Notes under the pieces: generated by a model
Told to the model about the DNA's origin: nothing
The model's database searches: none
The model's input: the letters and a program-made list of their open reading frames with translations, nothing else
Part shown: one piece after another, positions 56,810 to 64,000 of the stretch
How positions within the stretch are numbered: the stretch's first letter is position 1
How the letters are laid out: each line of letters starts with the position of its first letter
DNA from: Gemmatimonadaceae bacterium
GTDB taxonomy: Bacteria > Gemmatimonadota > Gemmatimonadetes > Gemmatimonadales > Gemmatimonadaceae
DNA length: 64,000 bases
Assembly: GCA_035633115.1 (NCBI GenBank)
Contig: DASQFN010000031.1
Coordinates: 3,624 to 67,623, forward strand
Reading direction: 5' to 3'
Program-made: the position numbers and the translations under genes

Positions 56810-57352
56810 TTAGCGCTCGAGGGCGCCGCGTATTCGCTCGATTTGTCGCAAGTGCACGAGATCGTGCGCCGCGTAAAGCTTCATCATCAGTGCCAGTGAT
56901 TCCTCGCCGCGCTCGGAATGCACGCCGACTCGCGCTCGATCCGCGTCACTGGTTCGCTCGAAAAGTCGCAAGTTAGCGCGGCGAAGACTCGTGAAGTCCG
57001 CGAGCGACTCGTCGACATTCGCTTCCGAGTAATGCAGCCGGTCCGACCATGCATCCTGATCGTAGGCGGCTAACGCCGGGCGTTCCTCTGCCAATACCAT
57101 GCGGAAGCGTCCGCTTCCGACAAGCTCGGAATCCGCGAGGTGCTGCACCACTTGCCGGATGGACCACTTGCCGGGCGCTTCGGGCTCGCCGAGCAGATTC
57201 GGCGAGACATTCTGTACAGCAGCGGCGAGCTTCGAGGGCATTTCGCGCATTGCTTCCAGCGGATCCCGGCCGTTCAGCAGCTCGAGAAGGGAGGCGGTAT
57301 ACGACGCCGCGGCAGCCCCGCCGGCAGACGCTGGATTTGAAAACTCGGACAT
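56810..57352 (-). CDS. DinB-family protein
   Basis: PGKWSIRQVVQHLADSE...HSERG...HDLVHLRQI. Confidence 0.9.
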   Translation of the reverse strand: MSEFSNPASAGGAAAASYTASLLELLNGRDPLEAMREMPSKLAAAVQNVSPNLLGEPEAPGKWSIRQVVQHLADSELVGSGRFRMVLAEERPALAAYDQDAWSDRLHYSEANVDESLADFTSLRRANLRLFERTSDADRARVGVHSERGEESLALMMKLYAAHDLVHLRQIERIRGALER

Positions 57353-57382
57353 ACCGTAGTTGCTCCCTGCTTGCTAAAGCGG

Positions 57383-58744
57383 TTATGCGACTCTCGCCTT
57401 CGCTTCCTCTTCCCGGGCTTTGCGCTGGCCTTCGTCCACGTTCACGAAGTAGAGCAGGAACCCGCCGACTATGAAGAACGAGATGACCGCTAGAATCGCC
57501 GGGCGCATCGTTCCAGTGCGCGCGACGATGACACCGAAAAGGAGCGAGCCTAGTATTCCGGCGAAACGGCTGAAGACACTGAAGAACCCGAAGAACTCGC
57601 CCGACTTGTAAGCCGGAATGATGCTCGCGAAAAGCGATCTGCTGAGCGCCTGCGTGCCGCCCTGCACCGTTCCAACGAGAAGCGCGAGGATGTAGAAATG
57701 CGTCGCCGTCTTCATGTAGTAGCCGAAAATGCTGATGATAGCGTAGACGGTCAGGCCGACAAAGATTGCCGGCTTGGTGCCCAGCCTGCCGGCAAGCATT
57801 CCGAACGCAAATGTGAACGGAATCCCGATGAACTGAACGAGCAGGATTGCGGTAATGAGCGAGCTCCGGGGAATCCCCAGCTCGGTTCCGTATGTCGCGG
57901 CCATGCGGGTGATCGTTCCGATCCCGTCGCTGTAAATGAGATACGCGATCAGCATCAGGAAAGCCTGCTTGTATCCGCGTAGCGCCTGGAACGTCTCGGC
58001 CAGCCTCTGGAATGCAACCTTGACGGGATTCAGCCCCCGCTGCTCATCCGCCTCCAGCTTCACCGGCGGCTCCTTCACGACTCGGAGAATCGGAATCGAA
58101 AAGAGAAGCCACCATATCGCGACAGATAGAAAAGCGAGGCGGACTGGAACGGTTCCCGTCGCCGGCAGACCGAAAAGCGCCGGCTTGGTGATCCACGCCA
58201 GGTTGAGCGCCAGCAGAATTCCGCCGCCGATGTAACCAATGGCGTAGGCGGCGGTAGAGACGCGGTCCATCTCGTCCTCTCTCGCTACGTGCGGAAGCAG
58301 CGACTCGTAGAACACGTAGCTCCCCTGCATTCCGACGTTCGCGAAGATGAAGAGAATCGAAGCGAGCATGAGCTGCCCGCTCTGAATCAGGTACATGAGA
58401 GAGCACGCAGAGACTCCGACACCCATGAAGAAACCGAGCATACGCTTTTTCACCGCGGCGTAGTCGGATATAGTGCCGAGTATTGGAGAGAGGACGGTGC
58501 TGATGGCGAGGCCGATGCCGTTGGCTATCGACCAGTACGACAGCCCTTCGGCCTGCGGGCGGCCGGCACCGGCGACTTCGAGGAAAAAAATCGGAAATAC
58601 CGCGACGGCTATCGTGGTCTGCGCGGACGATGCCGCCCAATCGTACATCGCCCATGCGCGCAGCTCGCGACGGTGCAGGCCGAGCTTCCGCAGAAGCGGG
58701 CTTTGCGAAGAGCCGTTGTCCGTCGAGGCCCGATTTGCCGTCAT
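57383..58744 (-). CDS. MFS transporter (UMF1/ATG22-like)
   Basis: AWAMYDWA, FYESLLP, GGTQALSRSLFA, EFFGF; ~12 TMs. Confidence 0.9.
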   Translation of the reverse strand: MTANRASTDNGSSQSPLLRKLGLHRRELRAWAMYDWAASSAQTTIAVAVFPIFFLEVAGAGRPQAEGLSYWSIANGIGLAISTVLSPILGTISDYAAVKKRMLGFFMGVGVSACSLMYLIQSGQLMLASILFIFANVGMQGSYVFYESLLPHVAREDEMDRVSTAAYAIGYIGGGILLALNLAWITKPALFGLPATGTVPVRLAFLSVAIWWLLFSIPILRVVKEPPVKLEADEQRGLNPVKVAFQRLAETFQALRGYKQAFLMLIAYLIYSDGIGTITRMAATYGTELGIPRSSLITAILLVQFIGIPFTFAFGMLAGRLGTKPAIFVGLTVYAIISIFGYYMKTATHFYILALLVGTVQGGTQALSRSLFASIIPAYKSGEFFGFFSVFSRFAGILGSLLFGVIVARTGTMRPAILAVISFFIVGGFLLYFVNVDEGQRKAREEEAKARVA

Positions 58745-58929
58745 CGTTTCTCGAGAATCGTCCACGCGGGCCCGCGCCATACACCGTCCATCGCCGCGAG
58801 CGGCACCATTGCCTCTCGCTGTGCCGCTATTATCGCTGCCGGGTCCGGACGACCTTGTGCTCCGCCTGATGACGGGACGAGTGACATCAGCATCGCCGCA
58901 GTCATTGCCGCCAGACAGTGTCGATTCAT
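58741..58929 (-). pseudogene. 5' fragment of a secreted protein (DUF1579-like)
   Basis: Signal peptide then AQGRPDPAAIIAAQREAMVPLAAMDGVWRGPAWT, ending abruptly at the MFS start. Confidence 0.5.
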
Positions 58930-59016
58930 GGGATGCTCGGAGAAATGTGTGGACAAGATGGTGCCGACGGACGGGCGTCGCGGCAAGTGGACCGCGTTCC
59001 GTCACGCGTAAGGTCG

Positions 59017-59405
59017 TCACGCGTCGGCCTGCCATGGACTGAGCCGCGGTATCAGTCTCGGGACATGGCGGCGATACTCTGTGTAAGAATCACCGAAACG
59101 ACTCTCCAGCTGGGGCTCCTCGAGAAGAGGAATGTAGACCGCGTTGATTCCGAAAAAGATCAGCACCCACCACAAGTGCGAAGTCGACAGTAGAACGAGT
59201 GCCTCGCCAAGGAGAATGAGTATCACCCCGGAATGATCCCGATCACGAGAACGAGGCCTCCCACCACCTGCACGAGGAGCAGCGGAACCGTTTCGGCGAG
59301 CGAAAGTGTCACGTGATCCCGCCGCGCGAGCCACACGGGGATCACCACCGCCATGACGAACGGGAACACGGCCACCGCGAGCAGGTGGCGAAGCAGCATG
59401 AGCAC
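59017..59405 (-). pseudogene. Isoprenylcysteine carboxylmethyltransferase (ICMT/PEMT) family, internal deletion plus frameshift
   Basis: N-terminal TM part and SGVILILLGE...EEPQLESRFGDSYTEYRRHVPRLIP part are in different frames; the central GPYxxVRNP region is missing; junction ~59230-59245. Confidence 0.7.
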
Positions 59406-59409
59406 CGTA

Positions 59410-60117
59410 TCAAACCCTCCGCACCAGTTTCACATCCGTGCTGCGTTTTCTGGGGTTCTTGAGTCCGGTCTGCAACTTGTTCCGCACCTCGCGCAACACC
59501 CGCGGCGCGAGCGAATCACCGTAGGCGCCGATAAATCTGGTTGCTGCGGGCGGATCCTGCCGGGCGACCTCGCGCAGCGCCCATGACATTGCCTTCACGA
59601 CCATATCGTCGCGATCTGCGACGAGTGATGCACACACGGCCAGCACGCGTTCGATGTCCCCTGCATCAAGGGAGTGCCTCCGCGCGAGCGGAATCGTGCT
59701 CGCCAGTGCAGCTCGGCGCCACCACCGGTTCTTTGAGCTCGCCCACTCCGAGATCGTCTCGTCCGGTATTTGACCGTCACGCCATGCGGGACCGCTGATG
59801 TAATACGAAAAGGCGTCAACGGCGTCCCACGATTGCATTCCGTGAGCGAGCGCCTCTACATCCCCCTTGCGCAGGGATGTCCTCGCCGGTTTGTGAAAGT
59901 GGATGAGCTCGTAAGCGATGAATCGGAATTCTGCTTCGCCGCTGGCAAGAATATCGTGAGCGACTCTCAGAACCTCGTCTGGCGAAGCGGACCTGAGCTC
60001 CTTCGACCATTTCCGACGAATGGGCCGGAGCGCAGGCACTGTTCGCGTGCGGACTTCCCTGAGGTCGCGAAGAAACCTGTCGACGATTTTTCCTGACTCA
60101 CTTCGCATGGAGGTCAC
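59410..60117 (-). CDS. DNA alkylation repair (AlkD-like HEAT repeat) protein
   Basis: SWDAVDAF, WASSKNRWWRRAAL, DDMVVKAMSWALRE. Confidence 0.88.
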   Translation of the reverse strand: MTSMRSESGKIVDRFLRDLREVRTRTVPALRPIRRKWSKELRSASPDEVLRVAHDILASGEAEFRFIAYELIHFHKPARTSLRKGDVEALAHGMQSWDAVDAFSYYISGPAWRDGQIPDETISEWASSKNRWWRRAALASTIPLARRHSLDAGDIERVLAVCASLVADRDDMVVKAMSWALREVARQDPPAATRFIGAYGDSLAPRVLREVRNKLQTGLKNPRKRSTDVKLVRRV

Positions 60118-60395
60118 TCACCCAGCCGCGATTGCAGCGCCTCCACTGCTTCTTTCGCCGACTTGAGGTCAGTGCCGTATGTCTCACGATACAGTCTGAT
60201 CGCGTCAATCTTCCGACCGGATCGGATCGCGGCTTCGATTTCCGCGTCGACCTCAGCGACTTCGGTTCCTGCTGAGCCTTCTCTGCTTCGCGCGGCGGGC
60301 TTGTAGACCACCGTTGTTCGCTCTTTGGGCGCGGTGAATCGTCCGATCAGGTAGCCAAGGAGGACGAGGGCGGCGTAGAAGATCAAAGTCCTCAT
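60114..60395 (-). CDS. Small membrane-anchored protein with ribosomal L7/L12 C-terminal-like domain
   Basis: N-terminal TM; GRKIDAIRLYRETYGTDLKSAKEAVE. Confidence 0.7.
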   Translation of the reverse strand: MRTLIFYAALVLLGYLIGRFTAPKERTTVVYKPAARSREGSAGTEVAEVDAEIEAAIRSGRKIDAIRLYRETYGTDLKSAKEAVEALQSRLGE

Positions 60396-60502
60396 TTCAG
60401 TCTGGTGCGCGTGCAGACGCGTCTTGGAGTACCCGCCCGCCGACGCGCCGGAAGTTCGCCGCAGTCCGCGGTAGGAGGTTACCCCAGTATCTTTGGTTCA
60501 AT

Positions 60503-61027
60503 ATGCCGCCACGCTTCGCGTACCTGCTGTTAGCCGCGAGTCTCCTCGCCGGATGCCGCACTGGACGCAACTACCCCGACACCGAAGGCCCGAGATACGC
60601 GGGCAGACCCGCCATCGATCGGCCGGGCCGGCCAGCGAAGGGCGATACGGTTCGCGTAGTGTCGTTCAACATAGCATTCGGCCGGCGCGCAGACAGCGCC
60701 ATCGCGCTCCTGAAATCCAATCCCGCCCTTCGCGATGCCGACGTGATCCTCCTGCAGGAGATGGACGCGCGAAGCACCCGTCGCGTCGCCGATGCGCTCG
60801 GCTTCTGGTACGTGTACTACCCGGCGATTTTCTCGATGAGAACTCAGCGCGATTTCGGGAATGCCGTCCTCTCGCGATGGCCAATCGTCGAAGACAGGAA
60901 GATCGTGCTGCCGCATGTGTCACGCTACGCTCGTACCCACCGGACCGCTATTGCGGCAATTGCGATTTTCGGGAGCGACGCGCCGCGTCGCAGCATGACC
61001 CATTCAACCCAGGACGACAAAAAGTGA
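60503..61027 (+). pseudogene. Endonuclease/exonuclease/phosphatase (EEP) lipoprotein, C-terminally truncated
   Basis: LAGC lipobox; VVSFNI, ADVILLQEMD, GNAVLSRWPI; no GDFN or SDH catalytic motifs before the stop. Confidence 0.7.
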
Positions 61028-62088
61028 CTCCCGAGCTCGGCATCATCGAAGGCTTCTACGGAAAGCCGTGGACATGGGAAGAGCGGGAGGAAACCGTGTC
61101 GTGGCTCGCCCCGCGCGGCTACCGGTTCTATCTGTACGCGCCCAAAGCGGACCCTTACCTGCGCCGGCGATGGCAGGAGCTTCACCCCGATCATCTCGCG
61201 GAGCGCTTGCGAACTCTGTCGAGCAAGTGTCGCGACGCAGGCGTGCGCTTCGGCATCGGGTTGAGCCCGTACGAGCTCTACGACGACTTCAACGATGCGG
61301 CGCGGGACACCCTCGCCCGCAAGCTCGCTTTCTTCGACGACCTTTCCGTTCCCGATCTCGCGATTCTTTTCGATGACATGCGCGGCGACTCGCCCGAACT
61401 CGCCAAGCGGCAGATCGAGATCATTCACTGGGCGCGGGAGCGCACGGCCGCAACGCGGATGATCGTCTGCCCGACGTATTACTCGGACGATCCGGTCCTC
61501 GACCGCGTCTTCGGTGCGCGCCCCAAGGGATACGTCGAGGAGATGGGCGCCGATCTCGATCCGGAGATCGAGATTTTCTGGACGGGGGAGGAGGTCATCT
61601 CCAGACAATTCTCGCCGGGGCACGTCGAGCGCGTGACGCAGCAGCTGCAGCGAAAGCCGTTTCTCTGGGACAACTATCCTGTGAACGACGGGCAGCGCAT
61701 GTCGCAGTACATGCATCTGCGCGGATTTACCGGGCGCCCTTCGTCACTGAAGGAGACGATCGCGGCGCATGGAATCAACCCGGCGCTCCAGCCGACGCTT
61801 ACCCGCGTTCCCGCGATTACGCTTGCCGACAGCTATCGCCTCGGCGACGCGTACCAGTACGGAGATTCCTTCCGGAAAGCGGCGGTCGATGTGCTGGGTG
61901 AAGATCTCGGACGGCTCGTACGCGAGGATCTCCTGACGCTCCAGGACATCGGCCTCGACCGGCTGGGCGAAAAAGCGGCCCTGCTCCGCCAGCGTTACGC
62001 CGGCGTAGACCACAATGGAGCACGCGAGATCATCGCGTGGCTCGACGGTGCTTATCGCATCACCGACGAGATCGTTCAGACTCAGTAG
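61024..62088 (+). CDS. GH84 beta-N-acetylglucosaminidase (O-GlcNAcase-like), no signal peptide
   Basis: GIIEGFYGKPW, YLYAPKADPY, ILFDD catalytic pair, CPTYYS, FWTG, LWDNYPVND. Confidence 0.9.
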   Translation: MTPELGIIEGFYGKPWTWEEREETVSWLAPRGYRFYLYAPKADPYLRRRWQELHPDHLAERLRTLSSKCRDAGVRFGIGLSPYELYDDFNDAARDTLARKLAFFDDLSVPDLAILFDDMRGDSPELAKRQIEIIHWARERTAATRMIVCPTYYSDDPVLDRVFGARPKGYVEEMGADLDPEIEIFWTGEEVISRQFSPGHVERVTQQLQRKPFLWDNYPVNDGQRMSQYMHLRGFTGRPSSLKETIAAHGINPALQPTLTRVPAITLADSYRLGDAYQYGDSFRKAAVDVLGEDLGRLVREDLLTLQDIGLDRLGEKAALLRQRYAGVDHNGAREIIAWLDGAYRITDEIVQTQ

Positions 62089-62105
62089 AGTTCGACGATG
62101 GAGTT

Positions 62106-62627
62106 TCACCAGAACCGCCACCACGGCCTCTTCGCAGCAGAGGGCGAAGCACGATCTCCCTTTGGGCCGGCGGCAACATCGACCACCTTTCTGCGCTGCG
62201 CATCATAGACCACGAAACCTCCTTCGGTCACGAGAGCCTCCAGATAGCTCCACAGCTCGTCCATCTCGGCTTCGGTGTTTTCGCCCCGGCCATGCGGCAT
62301 GGAGATGCTCGCCCACGTGTCGTACAGATCGATCTCGACGCGGAAGCCGTCCTCGGGTCCGTAAAGTGAGATCCAGCGGGTGCGCGCGCGAGCTTCATTC
62401 TCAGTGATACCCTGGGATCGAGCGATCTTAGCGTAGTCGAGCTGCCTTTCCTCCAGCTCGGGAAATATGACGAGCATCGCGTCGGCTACCGCGCGCTTGC
62501 GCGCTTCGATCTGCGAATCCGGGGGCCTATCCGAAGGGTTGGCTTTCACCGCCGCAGCGGCAGCTGCGCGGATCTCCCTTTTGGAGGCCTCTGGAGGCAT
62601 ACGCACGAGGAGAAGATCGAAGCTCAT
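62106..62627 (-). CDS. Hypothetical protein
   Basis: MSFDLLLVR start; basic KRPWWRFW tail; coding-like composition. Confidence 0.55.
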   Translation of the reverse strand: MSFDLLLVRMPPEASKREIRAAAAAAVKANPSDRPPDSQIEARKRAVADAMLVIFPELEERQLDYAKIARSQGITENEARARTRWISLYGPEDGFRVEIDLYDTWASISMPHGRGENTEAEMDELWSYLEALVTEGGFVVYDAQRRKVVDVAAGPKGDRASPSAAKRPWWRFW

Positions 62628-62809
62628 CGGGTCGCTCCATTCACACCTGCGGCGGCCATCTGAAAGAATCTTTCCACGTCGTTCGCGTGGCAAATGACGC
62701 AATCGGGCATCAAACCAACGTCGCCAGACGGCCCTGCGCTTGCAATGGATAACGCAGGCAATCCGTTAGTTTCGCGAAGCTACGGCCATCGTACCGAGAA
62801 CACACGGCT

Positions 62810-63484
62810 ATGAACATATCGTCTCGGTCAACAGTTTTGGCCGGCATCGTCGCCAGTCTCGCCGTTACGGCATGCACGACGACCCGCCAAGCGCCAGCGG
62901 AAGCCGCAGCCCCCACCCCCGCCGAGCAAGCGAGGGCGGACCGTGGCCGCCCGCCATATACGCCGGCCGACGTCCAGTTCATGCAGGGCATGATCAGGCA
63001 TCACGCACAGGCCATCGTGATGACGTCGCTGGCATCCACACATGCCGCTCGCCAGGACGTCAAGATACTCGCCGGGCGAATTGACGTTTCCCAACAGGAC
63101 GACATCGCGTTCATGCAGCGGTGGCTTCGCGAGAGAAACGAGACGGTTCCGGAAATCGACGCTCGGCACGACATGGGCGGTCATCAGATGCCAAAACCCG
63201 GAGCGTCGGGCTCGGAGCTCATGCCCGGGATGCTGACGGCGGCGCAGCTGACGCAGCTTTCGGCGGCGCGTGGCCCGGAATTCGACCGATTGTTCCTGAC
63301 ATTCATGATCAAGCATCACGAGGGAGCGCTCACAATGGTCGACCGGCTTTTCTCGAGCCAGGGCGCTGCGCAGGAATCGAACGTGTTCCAGTTTGCTTCG
63401 GACGTGGAGATCGACCAGAATACAGAGATAGAGCGCATGCGCGGCATGCTTCGCGCGCTCTCCCTCTCCGGACGGAATCCATGA
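62810..63484 (+). CDS. DUF305-domain lipoprotein
   Basis: VTAC lipobox; ADVQFMQGMIRHHAQA, MPGM, FLTFMIKHHEGA, QNTEIERM. Confidence 0.9.
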   Translation: MNISSRSTVLAGIVASLAVTACTTTRQAPAEAAAPTPAEQARADRGRPPYTPADVQFMQGMIRHHAQAIVMTSLASTHAARQDVKILAGRIDVSQQDDIAFMQRWLRERNETVPEIDARHDMGGHQMPKPGASGSELMPGMLTAAQLTQLSAARGPEFDRLFLTFMIKHHEGALTMVDRLFSSQGAAQESNVFQFASDVEIDQNTEIERMRGMLRALSLSGRNP

Positions 63485-64000
63485 AACCCAGAATCGTCGT
63501 TTCTCTATCGCTCGGTTTCGCCTGCCTGTCCGCAGCGGCGTGCACTCCGTCGGCGCCCGGAGGCTCGGCACCCTCGCCGGCGCCCAACATGTCAGCGACG
63601 CCGCCGAGCCCGGACCCGCGCATCGGACTCCGCGCCGGATGGATGAATGCCGGCGAAGCGATCTGGAATCTCGAGGTGGTCTCGAAGACTCCGCCGTCGG
63701 AGAAGTTCATCAATCTCACGACGCCGGGAGACCGCAGACTCGTCAACTCGGATCTGGCGTTCGCCGGCCACTACGCGATACAGGGCAACTACAGCGGCTA
63801 CCAGGTGTGGGACATCTCAAATCCGCGGAAGCCGCGCCTGCACATCGCCTACGTATGTCCTGGCTCGCAGAGCGACGTCTCCGTCCATCGCAATCTGATG
63901 TTCGTGTCGTCTGAAGCTACGAACGCGCGTGTCGATTGTGGCATGCAGGGGATAGCCGACACCGTCAGTAAGGATCGGGCTCGGGGAATTCGCATCTTCG
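63481..64000 (+). CDS. LVIVD-repeat lipoprotein, 3' partial
   Basis: ATG 63481; AAAC lipobox; NSDLAF...QGNYSGYQVWDISNP...CPGSQSDVSV...NLMFVS; typical partner of DUF305. Confidence 0.82.
   Translation, partial: MKPRIVVSLSLGFACLSAAACTPSAPGGSAPSPAPNMSATPPSPDPRIGLRAGWMNAGEAIWNLEVVSKTPPSEKFINLTTPGDRRLVNSDLAFAGHYAIQGNYSGYQVWDISNPRKPRLHIAYVCPGSQSDVSVHRNLMFVSSEATNARVDCGMQGIADTVSKDRARGIRIF

Overview
GC-rich bacterial chromosomal window. The kinase repertoire and gene style suggest Gemmatimonadota; this is an inference. There are no rRNA, tRNA, integrase, transposase or CRISPR features. Main contents: five intact Hanks-type Ser/Thr kinases (kinase-TolB_N-TPR and kinase-PD40 architectures) plus remnants of others; about 11 toxin-antitoxin loci or remnants, nine in the first 18 kb and several with visible palindromic operators; secreted hydrolases (two S8, S9, amidohydrolases, GH84, vanadium haloperoxidase/PAP2-like); and many truncated or frameshifted small genes. 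Two hidden features stand out. (1) A GxxExxY (PD-(D/E)XK-like) gene is enclosed by ~50-bp imperfect terminal inverted repeats. The same repeats form two ~215-bp non-coding hairpin elements and one half-copy elsewhere in the window, a REPIN/RAYT-like or MITE-like arrangement with a non-HUH candidate enzyme. (2) An Rdx/SelW-family gene missed by the ORF track carries an in-frame TGA in a CxxU motif followed by a SECIS-like hairpin, i.e. a probable selenoprotein. All product calls come from motif recognition, not database searches.
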